From assembly GCA_051453625.1 (NCBI GenBank), contig JBOZIK010000001.1:23977364-24041363 (forward strand): a DNA stretch of 64,000 bases, read 5' to 3'. Below, one piece after another: positions 1 through 13,049 of the stretch. The notes under the pieces were generated by a model, which saw only the letters and a program-made list of their open reading frames with translations, searched no databases and was not told where the DNA came from. This DNA is from Welwitschia mirabilis. Taxonomy: Eukaryota. Both the position numbers and the translations under genes were made by a program. Each line of letters starts with the position of its first letter. The stretch's first letter is position 1.

Positions 1-1041
1 TGTTGAGTATATTTAGCAATTTTGCATTAGTTAAAGCTTTTGTATAACTCTTCAATGTGCTAGTAAGATCATTGAGTAAGATGTTAACCTTTGATTGTTC
101 TTCTTCATATTACACTTTTATTGAGTCTCTAAGCATTTCACCTATAGTTCTAGTATCTTTACATGTAGTTTTTGGTAAATTTTAAGTTCTTTCTATAAGG
201 TCTTCTAATAAGTTTCGAGCATTATTTAAGGTTAAATTGAGTAAATCCTCATCACATAAAAAATATAACATTTATATAGTTTGACTATTCAATCCACTAT
301 AGAAGTTATTAATAATCTCTTATTTTTCAAACTCATTTACTAGGTTGAATGACACAGCAATCAAGAACCTTTCATATGTTGAGGAATAATCTTCATGAGG
401 GTACCATTGAAAATTTATTACTTCTTTTCTTCTTGTCCTCATGATTGTCTCATTCATAAACCATTTGATAAAGACTTCTCATACATGATTCCATGACTTA
501 AAACTTCTATGTGGAATGGCTTTAAGGCAATTTTTTGCTTTTCCTTTTAAGGTAAATAGAAATATTATCATGTATGTCCTATCTAAAATTTTATTTTTTC
601 CATTTCCTGAAGTAAGGATGAGTTGTTCTATATCAACTATGTATTGGAATGGGTCTTTATTAGGTTCTCCAGAAAAGGTAGGATAAGCATTTAAGTTTTT
701 CAACTCTACATCAAGGGATAGGTCAAATGGGTTTTGAAGTTTCCTCTTTGTATTAGCTAACATATTCTTTAAAGTGACTTTTGATCCTAATATGTTGAGT
801 GAAGATTTATTGGATGCCATAGAGTAAGAGTATTAGGATGATTAGGAAAAATAGGAGAGGCAATATTTTTAGTAGAACTTGGTTGGTTTTTAGAAATATT
901 CAAAGAGTTAGAGGTATGCGAACAAGAAATAGTAAATGCAGAATATCATATTACTAAATTAAAGAATTAAAATTTTCTTTCTCATCTTGAGTTTTTGAAT
1001 TAAAGTCCACCAAACCTTCTTTAATTACTTCATCAAAAAAA
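1..1041 (-). pseudogene. Athila-like Ty3/gypsy gag fragment (diverged copy of ~2732-3781)
   Basis: ORF 479..820(-) contains YPTFSGEPNKDPFQYI...FLFTLKGKAKNCLKAIP..SFKSW, the retrotransposon gag motif. The nucleotide sequence is colinear with 2732-3781 but has many substitutions. It ends at N-gap 1042-1141. Confidence 0.85.
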
Positions 1042-4000
1042 NNNNNNNNNNNNNNNNNNNNNNNNNNNNNNNNNNNNNNNNNNNNNNNNNNNNNNNNNNN
1101 NNNNNNNNNNNNNNNNNNNNNNNNNNNNNNNNNNNNNNNNNAATGATCAATGGCTTATTAGGAGTGTTATTTAAGAACATGTATTTTAAGACATTGGGTA
1201 AGTCTTTAAGTTGAAGATTATTTTCATCCTTCATAGTTGTAGAACACCCATCTTGGTGTAAAAGATTTTCAATGGATCTTACATTTTGGATATCATAATC
1301 AAGTAGGGGTTTAAAGTTCTCATAAAAATTATTATTCGAAGAGTGGTTTAAAATATTTTAGTTGAAGTTGTAATGATTGAAGGAGTTTAAAGACTTACGA
1401 CTAATAGAAGATTCTTCTTGATCCTCAAATAAAGTAGAGTTATGTAATGAAAGGAGTCTTTCTTCTAAAGGATGATGTTGAATAAACATGGATGATCTAA
1501 CTTTTTCTTCTCTGTCTACTTCATATTCCATGTCTTTTTTAGTAGCATCGAATACTCTAATAATAAATTTTTTTTTGCCTATATGACATGTCGTCATCCC
1601 TATGCGAGTATCAATGACAGAATAAGCTATTGCATAAAAGGCTCTTTCTAAAACTATAGGATAGTCACCATTATGTTCAACCTTAATGGTGACCACATCT
1701 ATAGGGTAGAAAGCTTCCTCAATTTAAATCATGAAATCTTTGATTATTCCTATAGGTTTCTTAATTGATGCATCAGCTAATTCCAACACTATTTTGGTAG
1801 GTTCAATTATTCCTTTTCATCTAAGATTTTTACAAATGTGTAAATGCATAATATTAACACTTACTCCTATGTCTATTAGAGATTTCTTGATTCTCTTATT
1901 TCCTTCCAAAATAACACCAATAATGGCTGCCCTTGGATCTTCAAACTTAGGACATTTTTGAGAAACTAAGTTTGAAAGAGATTATGAAATGAATACTTTA
2001 CTTAGAATTACTCTCTTTTATTTTCCTTTTACTAAGTCCTTCCAAATTTTTTTGTACTTGGAATTTTCTTAAAGAATCTTCCAAAAGGATATATTGATAA
2101 TATCATCATTCATAATCGCTTTCAAACATTCATCATAAGTTGGATTATTGTTTAATCTTTTTAACTATAAAGTACTCTTTTCCTTGGGATGTTCATTGTT
2201 CTTGTTAGATTTAGGAAAGTTCAGTTAATTAAGAATTTCAATATCATCTTCTTGAGGTTTTTCTTTATAAATATAAGTTGAATGTTTCTCATGAGTAGTA
2301 GTGTTATGTATACTTCTAGTTACTAATTTCCAATCTTTCTTTACATTATTTGAATTTGGAATAGTTTGAGTGGTAAGTGATCCTTAAGGTCTTTGATTTT
2401 CTAACATGTTTTATCAAAGGAGGCCAATTTTCTAAGATTTCATTAGTAGTATCTTACATCTTTTTGAGTTCCTTCATCGTTTCTCTATAAGGATCATTTT
2501 TATTATAGTTGAAAAAATTAGGCTAAGAGTTATGAATTTTTTATTTGTTGTTAAATGAATGTTGGAAAGATGTTGAAGTTTTATTATTTCTTGGTTGATA
2601 TTGTTGATTGCCTTTAAAGTTGTTTGATATTTGATCAAATGAATAAACTTCATTGAATATGGCCTTGCTACAAGTTGGTAAAGCTAGGTATTTTTTGGTA
2701 GAGTGATAGTTTTCATCATATATTTCACAATGGTTGAGTTGATTTATGAATTTTTCATTAGTTAAAGATTTTGTATAACTCTTCAATGTGCTAGTAAGAT
2801 CACTAAGTAGGATGTTAACCTTTGGTTATTCTTCTTCATGTTGCACCATTTTTAAGTCTTTAAGCATTTCACTTATAGTTTTATTATCTTTAGATGTAGT
2901 GTTTGACCAATTTTGACTTCTTTCTATAAGGTCTTCTAATAAGTTTCAAGCATTATCTAAGGTTAAATTAAGTAAATATTCACCACATGAAAAAATACCA
3001 TTTATGTAGTTTTACTATTCAATCCACTGTAGAAGTGATTAATAAGTTCATCTTTTTCAAACTCATTCACTGGGTTGAATGATACAAAAATCAAGAAACT
3101 TTCATATGTTGAGGAATAATATTCATGAGGGTATTGTTGAAGATTTGTTACTTTTTTTTCTTCTTATCTTCATAACTATCTCATTCATGAACCATTTAAT
3201 AAAGACTTTTTATACATGATTTCATAACTTAAGACTTCTATGTAAAATGGTTTTAAGCCAATTTTTTTCTTGTCCTTTTAAGGTAAATGGAAAGATTATC
3301 ATGTAGTTCCTATTTGAAATTTTATTTTTTTTCATTTCCTTTGGTAAGGATGAGTTGTTCAATATTGGCTATGTATTGGAATGGGTCATTATTAGATTCT
3401 CCAAAAAAAGTAGGATAGACATTCAAGTTTTCAACTCTACATCAACTCCAGGAGGTACCTCAAATGGGTTTTGAAGTTCCCTTTTTTTTTGGCTAACATA
3501 TCCTTTAAAGTAAGGTTAGAGTATATTGATATTTTAAGTGAAGACTTATTAGATGTCATAGAGGTAAGAGTATAAGGATGTTTAGGCAAAAGAGAAGAGG
3601 TAGAATTTTTAGTAGAACTTGATTGATTTACAAAAATTTTCAAAGACTTAGGAGTATGCGAACAAGAAATAGTAAATGCAGAATAATCATCTTACTCAAT
3701 TAAAGAATTAAATTTTTCTTTCTAACCTTGAGTTCTTGAATTAAGATCCATAAAACCTTCTTTAATTTCTTCATCAATGAAATGTTTTCCATGAGTGTAT
3801 TTGCCTTTGCTGCTATTTATCATTACCCTATAAGATTAATTTATGTTAAATAAATTTCTTTACATTCAAGTGACATCAATCTTTAAGATCACTCAAATGT
3901 GCAAGATGTAGGATCTACCAAATGAATGTGGTAATTACTTAAAACACACAAAGCACAAAGTACAGGTCAAGTTTGTTGAACATAATAATCAATGTGGTAA

Positions 4001-4310
4001 TCCCCAAAATCATATGAAATATGAGGGGTAGACCTAATAGATTGATGAATTGAAATATGAATTCTTCAAATTAAAATTGTACTTGAATGTAAAAATAGGA
4101 AAATTACAAGAAAAAATTATAATTTACAAGAAAGAAAATTAAAGTACACTTCAAATGTATAATTAAACAATTACTTGTAAACCAAAAGGTAATCAAGCAA
4201 TTGCAAGTAGATCCAAAGGGATAAAATATAATACTACTGAAATAAACAAATTGAAATGAATTTAAAATACTTACTTAGTAATGACAATATTCCTTCTTTT
4301 CTTGAAGTGT

Positions 4311-4331
4311 TCCTTGGCAATGACACCAAAA
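4311..4331 (-). promoter_or_regulatory. Primer-binding site (Athila-type, decayed)
   Basis: The minus strand reads ...gcaACA|TTTTGGTGTCATTGCCAAGGA, a transition-decayed form of the Athila PBS TTTTGGCGCCGTTGCCGGGGA, directly after an LTR end. Confidence 0.8.
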
Positions 4332-4990
4332 TGTTGCAATGCATATTTGTGCTTCTAATTCCAATATTCTAAAGACTGAATTTAAATTACAACATCTGAA
4401 AAGCTAATATTCTAATTACACACAATACACATTTGTATAGCAGGATCAACCCAAATGTTGTACACTTAGAGAAGACTTCCAAGAGAGAATTTAGAACATT
4501 GATTTTAAAAGAGAAAAATGATATTTTTTCTTTATAAGAAATAAAATTAAACAATGCAAAGATGAAGATGAAATGTAATGCAATGGAATGAAATGAAATG
4601 AAATGTAATGAATGCAATTCTAATGAAATGAATTAATTAAACTTCCAATCTACTATCACTTAGATTGGTTCTTATAACCTTTTTTAATTACAAATTCATG
4701 TCACTTAAATTGCAATTAAGATAAGCTACAATAAAGAACAATAAAACATTAAAAAATATTTCAATTTAATTAATACTTTTATTAATGAATTTGAAGTACA
4801 TCTACTTACAAAAACTCCTCCTCAATGAAAGATTCATTGTCTAATACTAATGTGATCCTTCTCATAAGTAGGATGGATCTTCTTGCCTCCAACAGTCTTC
4901 AATTATTATAAGAATTTAGATAACAAAGTTTCAATGTCCTTTTATTGGAAATTCATGATCTTACATCTAATAGCATTGGTTTTATAACTA
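4332..4990 (-). repeat. Partial 5' LTR (3' portion) of the minus-strand Athila-like element
   Basis: Has a TGTTGCAATG terminus at 4332. Its reverse complement resembles LTR 7136-8375 (e.g. gaagactgttggaggcaagaagatccatcc vs gaagattggaggacaagaggtccatcc) and it carries a (CATTT)n tract at ~4570-4630. The outer boundary is approximate. Confidence 0.7.
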
Positions 4991-5009
4991 CAAAAGAATT
5001 TCATAATGA

Positions 5010-5773
5010 AAGCTTAGGTAAGTTTGACTCAAGTTATGATGGAAGGGTGTGTAGCTAAGATTTTGCTAATTCTTTAAGGGAAAAATAAAGTAGAGTCAAC
5101 CTAAGTATATCAACTGTGTTTTTTAATTTAAGGGATTACTTAAAGTACACATTTAAATTCTTTATGCTAAAGGTAGGAATCTTTAGACTCTAAGTCATGA
5201 AAATGTGAAAGTAGTTGGATAATTGATAGCTTGAAGTCAATTGCATCTACATTTGTAGGTTGAATAATACATGAAGGTGTATCTATGCATTATGATTAAA
5301 GGTATTCTTTTAAGGTACATATAGATTGGTTGATATTAAGTTTTATTTAGGGTTATGAAATTGAAAACTTGATGGATTACTTTGGTTTTCTTGAAATCTC
5401 ATATGTGAATGATCTTTAGGATTACTCTAATGGTCTAACTCATAATCCATCTCACTATTAACTTGGATTCAGTGCAATCTTCCATTAGGTATTCATTGTC
5501 AGTTCATAAAACATAAGAAAATAGTCAATAAAAGTTACATTTTTGGATGTACATAATACATGAAAGATATCAGAAGGTCAAAAAGGTTGTAGTCATAAAA
5601 GATGAATACATTCACATTTAGAAGGCCAATGGTTCCCATGACACAAGATAGTGGTGCTAGTTGTTCAACATAAAATAGGTTTAGAAAAAGATTTTTACAT
5701 AATTCTCAAAATGGTTAGTAGTTTGGGAAGGTAGGTTATTATGACTGACTGATAGGTTTAGACTAGACATCAT
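5010..5773 (-). pseudogene. Truncated Athila-type gag N-terminus (separate element)
   Basis: Manual minus-strand translation of ~5050-5205 gives FHDLESKDSYL*HKEF and, after a frameshift, TVDILRLTLLYFSLKELAKS*LHTLP. These match the Athila gag consensus FHGLESEDPYLHLKEF...DALRLRLFPFSLKDKAKSWLHSLP. Confidence 0.65.
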
Positions 5774-6399
5774 TGTTAGAAATTGAAAATGGAAAAATGC
5801 AAAAACTAATATTCAATAAAATGCAAGAAATAATAATGTAAAAATAAATGCATGTAATAAAACAATTCCTTGAGCTTTTACTAATGATGAAATTCTGCAA
5901 GTTAACCTTCAAGTGCTTACTAAGGAAGTCATCTAAGATAGAGAAGGGAAGAAAAGATAAAAATATGATAGAAAGAGCATAAAGAAACAAGAAAGAATTT
6001 TTATTATTTTTCTTCTTGTCTTTTATTTAAACTTGCAAAAGATCCACATCTATAAGAAAATTTGATATACTATTCTTGATAAGTTTTACAAGGAAAGAAA
6101 GAAAAGAAAAAGAAAAGTTAAAAAAAGGAAAAAAAAAAAAGAATTCACTAGATCACATTCTGTCGATAAAGTGCTAAGCATGATCAACATTAACCCACTA
6201 GTAAGAGAAAGAATAAAAAGAAGATAAAATGGTACTAAAAAGGGACCAATATAAAATAAAATAAAAAGGAAAATAAACTAAAAATGGGTATAAAAATGTA
6301 AATTTTGTGCATGCCTCACTATAGCTACCATGATACTATCTCTAATAATAGCATAAAAAAGCTATTCACGGTGAAATATGGCTACACTTATATCTATTA

Positions 6400-7130
6400 T
6401 TAATGTATTATAATATAGAAAAGAGCTAACGAATAAGACATAGATTCAAGGGTAGCATAATAACTTCAAAGATAGCAAGAGCCTTTAATTAAATTCATGT
6501 AGTTTTACTCTAGTTAATACCACTCAAGCACAGTGGCATAAGCTCATTCACCATAGATATGAAGGTGATGTTCCTAGGCCACTCTATCTTTCATAGAAAG
6601 AATATTATAAGCATGAAAAGTAGGAGTCTCTAAAAATTTATCAAATAAAGATTTAGGTTATGAAACTAAAGTGCAAGGAATAATCACGCATGAAATCTTA
6701 AAATAATAACATTCCTTAGCTAATCCCAAGCATAAAAAATATAAAGTAGTCACCACTTGATATTAAAGTAATACTAAGAGAAGCATATGTAATACTTGAT
6801 TATTAGATAAGTAAAAGCATATAATCCATGAAAATCACTTATGCTAATTCAAGAAATATCATGCTAGTTTGAAAGATAGCCATCCTTAATGGGATGATTA
6901 GAAAGTACTCATCATTAAAGCTCTAATAATCTCCTTATAACAATGATATAACCATCCTTTAAATAAAGTGAAGTGGGCTATCTATAGATAAAATTAGGAT
7001 TACAAATTATAATTTTTAAAACTTGATGAGGTCACTCTTTAGAGTTTCTAAAGTATAATGGAATCGTTCTTTTATTATGGTACCAAATTGAGGGATTTCT
7101 CTTAAAAAATCTTCTTCATTTATCCAATGA
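6400..7130 (-). pseudogene. Possible relic of a retroelement accessory (env-like/ORF2-type) ORF
   Basis: Manual translation gives stop-ridden peptides (LFKGWLYHCYKEIIRAL; SDFHGLYAFTYLIIKYYICFS*...LLYIFYA) that loosely resemble the accessory ORFs at 17370-17520, 25753-26022 and 50570-51186. Confidence 0.25.
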
Positions 7131-7135
7131 CTTTA

Positions 7136-8375
7136 TGTTGCAATGCCAGTTTATAGGAATTTGATGGTATATTTTGAGTGCTTTTATAGGACATTTATAT
7201 AGGTTTGGATGCAATACTAATGATTATGGATATCTAATAGGATAATCCTTGAAACATGTAATTCTTAGAATATTTGGAGGTTTCTTAGTCTTATTCTGAC
7301 ACTGCATACTTGGAAGAAGAATTCATCATGAAAAATACTGACTTATCTTTGAGATTGAAGATAAGGAAGCCTGTCATCCCCTCTATCATCTTCATAATAG
7401 GCAAGATGATAGCACTGCTAACATAGACAAAATCTGCAGGGTTAATAGTAGGGCACGAAGCTAATGAAGTATCTTTTGATATAGGGTAACATCCCCTCTA
7501 TTGTCCCCATGACAGGCAGGACAACAACAATTTTTCTATGGTCGAAAAGAATTATCTTTGTAATAGGGTCAAGTGATCTATTTGGGATATTAGGATTTTT
7601 TTTCTGTCTTCTAGGGTTGAGTTTCTAGAACTTCAATGTAAAACTATAAATACCCTTTCCTTTCATCATTTCTGTTTTCATCTTTTATACTTGATATGCT
7701 CGTAATGGAAGATTGGAGGACAAGAGGTCCATCCAATAGCCATAGAAAGGCATTTCCTTGGTGTTAGGCTAAGTCTCTTCCATTGATGTGCTGTTATTTT
7801 ATTATAAGTGGATGTAAAGTTCTTTGAATCAATATAATTACTTTTTTCATTCCAATTCTATTTATGTCTCTTATGATTTAAGTTGATCATAGTTTAACTA
7901 AGAATTCTGTGATTTATTTAGATCATAAGAGCAACATTTATCAATGTTGACTTTGGTTAGTTTTATATTACATTATTATTACATTTCCATTTTACATTGC
8001 ATTCCTTATTCTACTTAGTATATCTCAAAGTTCATATTGGTTAGGAATAAGTTAATTACTCTTCTTAATTAAGCTGAATTAAAGAGAGCTATTTCTTGTG
8101 ATAGAAGAATTAAGAACCAATAGAATTTATTCTGTTTTGATTTGCATTTCATATCCATTTACATTACATTACATTTAATTTATTTCCTTCTAGTTACTAA
8201 AAGATAAAAGACTAAAATAAACCATTGGAAATCAATTTTCTAACTCTGAGCCTAGTGTCTTAGTTGAAATTATGACATTCAGGTAAATCCCGTTTATACT
8301 AGCATGTGTTTTTCTGCAAGTTATTTGATCTGTTACTTAAGGAACTTTAAAATTGCATAAATTCACATCGCAACA
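7136..8375 (+). repeat. 5' LTR (~1.24 kb)
   Basis: Starts TGTTGCAATG (7136) and ends CATCGCAACA (8375), an inverted terminal pair. TATA-like CTATAAATACC at ~7645. Followed immediately by the PBS. Confidence 0.85.
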
Positions 8376-8395
8376 TTTTGGCAGTATTGCCAAGA
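8376..8395 (+). promoter_or_regulatory. Primer-binding site (Athila-type, decayed)
   Basis: TTTTGGCAGTATTGCCAAGA directly after the LTR end ...CAACA. Confidence 0.8.
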
Positions 8396-9249
8396 AAGGC
8401 TACAAGGAGTTGGATAATTGTCACTAACTAGATAAGAACCTTGAATCTTCTATTCAGGTTGTTTATTTGAATTTGTGATGTATTTCTAGCTTTACTTAAG
8501 GTAGATTTATTTCCACAAATTTTATTTTCCATAATTTTTGGGAATCATGTCATCCTCTCTGTTGTTCTAATGATATTAAACTGATAGTTCTAGAATTTCA
8601 AAATTTATTTTTACTTTCAGAATTTTTCTTTTGCTTATAGTTCAATAATAAAGTTACTATCGTCTTCTCTATCATCTCCATGATAGCCTGGATGATAGTC
8701 TTCTTCTTTTTCAAATTTTGTAATTTTTATTTTTCACAATTTTAATAAAGTTACTATCATCTTATCTGTCATCCCATGACAGCATGAACGATAGTCTAGA
8801 TTCCTTGCTTTGATAATTTTTCTAAGTTTTAGATTTATATTACTATGGTTATCATCCTCCCTGTCATCTTCATGACTAGGCAAATGATAGTCTATTGTCT
8901 TTTATTTTAATTTTTTATTTATTACTTAAGCATGTAGGGACATGGTAAATTCTAGTAGGAAGATAAAATATCAGAGAGAATAAAATCTAATTGAAGAAAA
9001 GATCAGGGGGAGGATTATTCAACTTCAAGCTAAATCTAGATACGAACACCCCAAGTACACAAATTTCCAGGATTGGAGGAGTAGAGTTTTTTGCTTTTAT
9101 TATTTCAGAATCAGATTTTACAAAAGAAAATTATAGTATAGAAGCAGATTGTGTTGTTTCTTCTTCGAATAAGTCAAGTATTGAAATCTTCATAAAAATA
9201 AAAGCAAGTTACTTTATTTAATATCCCAATTATAAAAGGAACTTCTTTC

Positions 9250-11250
9250 TTGAATGCAAATATTACTCTTAGAGACTTAGTTGCCAATAGAAAACATGAA
9301 ATTTAAAATCACTTTGATTTATCTCTCAGAGATGATGTAGAATTAATAAATTTAAGTGCATATCCAAATTTTTTAGGGAAACCTGAGGAAGATCTCTTCT
9401 AACATTTGGCTATCATTAAATAACTTGTACGTACCTCAGGAAATGGGAAGAAACATATTAGTAACCATACCTATATGATTATTTTTCCATTCAAACTTAT
9501 AGGAAGAGCAAAAATTTACCTTAAAACCATTTCACATAGAAGTCTTAAATCTTGGAGTCAAGTGCAAGAAGTATTTATCGAAAGATTTTTGAGTAAAAGT
9601 TCGATGAGAAAAAGAAAAAAAGAAGTAGCCAACTTTCAATAACAACATCATGAGGATTTTATAAAAGCTTATAAACATTTTATAATAGCTATCCATTCCA
9701 ACCATATTGATGAATTTGGTAAAGAAAAGCTAGTAAATTATTTTTACAATGGATTAAATGATTCAACTAAACAAATTATAGATTTTTCCTATGGAGGAAA
9801 CTTGTTGAGCCTAGTTTCATGGAGTGTGTTGGAAGATCTTGTAGAAATAAGCTAAATTTGGCCTAAACCCACTAAAGAAAATCAAACTAAATCTTAAAGG
9901 ACTTAAAGAAATTTAAATATAATATTGAAGAAGAAAGAGAGGACTCAACTAACATGATGAAAAATTTTAGTACTACTTTAGAGAAGTATACACAAATGAT
10001 AGTTGATGCAAAAGTAGTAAAAAATGAAAACTCAGCTTCAAATTGTGAAATTTGTGAAGATAACTCTCATCCAACTAAAGAGTGTTCTTTATTACCAACT
10101 TGTAAGGAGAGGATTGTTGAGAAAGTTTATGCTTTTAACCAAAGAACACCCAATTTTAAAATCCAACCACAATTTTAATAAAGGCTAGTGAACAATCTCA
10201 ATGGAAACCTTTTGAAAGTAGACTTAGAAATTCCAACTTTTAACCTAATTTTTAACAAAATTAGAATGATCCAATTAGAGAATCCATAGAAGAGACAAGA
10301 AAAGTGCAAGAAAAAACTAATAGCAACATTTAAAACTTAGTAAATGTGCTTTACCAAATAATGCTTGCCAACCAAAGACCACAAGGGTCTCTTTCATCTC
10401 AAATTTTACCAAACCTCAATGAAGTTAAGAAAGATTTAAAGATAGTAACATGAATTGGAAATGATATAAAACCTTCTACCCATGGGGTTTAAACTCCTAA
10501 AAACAATGAAATGAATGAATAAGATGATGTAGAAATATTGGATTCATACAACCTTCCATCACCTAATAAAGCCTCACAAGAAAATAAAGTAAATAAATCA
10601 TCTACTTCTTGGCTTTATTGATTAAATACAAATCCTACCTTTGATGAAACCTTGAAAACTTTGATGCAATAGATAAACATCAAATTGCTCTTTTGGAAAC
10701 TCTTGCAATAGAATTCTAAAGTTATGAAAGGACTTAGTAAGAAGAAAGCAAAAATGTATCATTCCTAGCAAATTTTTTCTTACTCAATATCTTTCTAAGT
10801 TAGTCATGCAAAAGTGTCCTAAATTTAAAAATCCTGGAGCTACAACTATGAGTGTTACCTTAGAAGGAAACAAAAGAATGTAAAAAGATTTAATTAATAT
10901 AGGAGCAAGTGTAAACATCATGCCTCTCCATATATGTAAGAGACTTGGATTGGAAAATATAATAGAACCTATACAATCATTATAGAATTGGCTGATAGCT
11001 CAATCAAGAAGCCATTAGGAATTATCAAGGACTTAGTTATCCAAATTCAAGATTATTTTTACCTCATATATTTTGTCATCATTAAGATAAAACATGATAA
11101 AGATTACCCACTCCTTTTAGGAAGATTCTTTTATGAAATTGCCCATTGTATCATTGACACACAGTCTGGTATAATGAAATATCATTTTAGCAATAGACAA
11201 ATTACCATTAGAGTCTTTGATGCTACTGAAAAGAACATAGGGACTTAATT
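9250..11250 (+). pseudogene. gag and aspartic protease of the Athila-like element
   Basis: gag motifs (YPNFLGKPEEDL, IFPFKLIGRAK), a CEICEDNSHPTKEC zinc knuckle (ORF 9954..10178), protease LINIGASVNIMP at 10890 (catalytic D changed to N), and ORF 10988..11248 ADSSIKKPLGIIKDLVIQ...PLLLGR. Confidence 0.88.
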
Positions 11251-11689
11251 TAACCTCGAATAAGAACTAAAAGCAACTTTATTTTATAACATCCACTAAT
11301 TGAGGAAATATTAATCATGTTACATGAATTAAATTTATATGATGATCCATTAAAACACATTGTCTTGAGTCTAAGGATGAAGAACACACTAATTGGGGAG
11401 AAACTTAACATTTTTATTTGGTAGAAAAACTTTTTACAGAGTGTCATCCCATGTCTATCATCTCCATGATAGGCAGGATGATAGCTCAAAATATTAGCCT
11501 TGAAATTAAGAAATTACCTTAAGGTTTAAAATATATTTTTCTATCTAAAAATCAAATGAAACCCTGGATAATTAGTGACCTTCTCACTTCTCAATAGAAA
11601 CCAAACTTATCCCATTATTAACTTTAAAAGAAAATGCCTTTGCTTGGACACATAAATACTTAGCTTCCATTCCTATTTTCATATCTTAA

Positions 11690-12960
11690 CACACGATTTA
11701 CCTTGAAGATAATGCTAAACCTATTAGGCAGCACCAAAGAAGACTCAATGCATCCCTTAAGCAAATTGTTAAAGATGAAATCATGAAACTTATAAATGCT
11801 AGAATCATATATACCATATTCTATAGTGAGTTGGTTAGTCCTATAATAGTAGTTCTAAAGAAGGGGGGCAAATAGACAATGTGCATCAATTTTATAAAAC
11901 TTAATAAAGTCACTAAAAAGAATCATTGCCCTTTATCCTTTCTTGATCAAATACTTGATAGAAGCTAAGGTCATACTTACTATTATTTTCTTAATGGGTA
12001 TAGTGGCTATAATCAAATTCGTATAGCAAGTGAGAACCAGGCTAAAACCACTTTCACCTTATCCTTTGGAATATTTACTTTTAGAAAAATACCCTTTGTA
12101 CTTTGCAATACCCCTAAAACCTTTTAACGAGCCATGATAGGGATATTTTCTGACATGATAGAAGATTCTATTCAAATCTTTATGGATGAATTCTCCATCT
12201 CTAATGATATTTTTAAATAAACCATAGAGAGATTAAAGAAAATCCTAGATCTATGTATTAAGAGTGGCTTACACTTGAGTTGGAAAAAGAGTTTTCTCCT
12301 TCTCAACCATGGAATTATCTTAGGATAATACATTTCTAAAGAAGGAATTAGGATGGACTTCAAAAAATTTGATATCATTAAAAATCTTAGCCTTCTAACC
12401 AATGTTAAATAAGTTAGATCTTTTCTTGATTATATTAATTTTTATTGACATTTTATTCATGATTATGTCAGGATTTATAAACCTATCCATTCCTTACTTG
12501 AAAAAGATGTTAAATTAAATTGGAACAATCATGCCAATTTCCATTTAAAACTCTCAAAGAAAACATTTCTTCTACATCTATTATCATGGGTTCGATTGAA
12601 GTAAAGATTTTGAACTTATGGTTGATGCAAGCAACATTACTATAGGGGGGCTCTTAGCCAAAAGTGTGAAAATGGTTTCAAATGCATATCTTATCGTAGT
12701 AAAAATTTGTCCCAAGCATAATCCAACTACACTACTAGTGAGAAGAAAATTCTTGCCATTATCTTTTGCCTAGATCATCTTCAACATTATCTTCTTGGTT
12801 TTCATATTAATGTTTACATAGATCATGCAACCATTTGATATCTTATAACTAAAAAAGACTCTAGTACCAGACTTATTATGTGGATTCTTCTCTTGTAAGA
12901 ATTTAATCTTACCATCCTTGATAAGGCTAGAAAACATAACAATGTTGTTGATCATCTATC
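11690..12960 (+). pseudogene. Reverse transcriptase and RNase H (gypsy), disrupted
   Basis: PIRQHQRRLN (~11720), FLNGYSGYNQI (~11988-12020), KTTFT, IFMDEF (12176, the YxDD box), FELMVDASN (~12609), and YIDHA...KKDSSTRLIMWILLL. Confidence 0.92.
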
Positions 12961-13049
12961 TTGACTTTCTTACTCTCATGATGAAGCTACCATTAATGAC
13001 TATTTTCTCGATGAATAAATCTTTGTAATTAAATAACGTTATGCTATTT

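Larger units (their letters stand above)
1142..4990 (-). mobile_element. Athila-like Ty3/gypsy element, 5' part (partial LTR, PBS, gag, aspartic protease, start of RT linker), decayed
   Basis: On the minus strand: protease motif KSLIDIGVSVNIMHL near 1845-1890, KLQLKDLPNVLKYMFL-type linker at 1170-1230, and gag at ~2700-3640 homologous to 9250-10180(+). Many stops and frameshifts. Confidence 0.85.
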
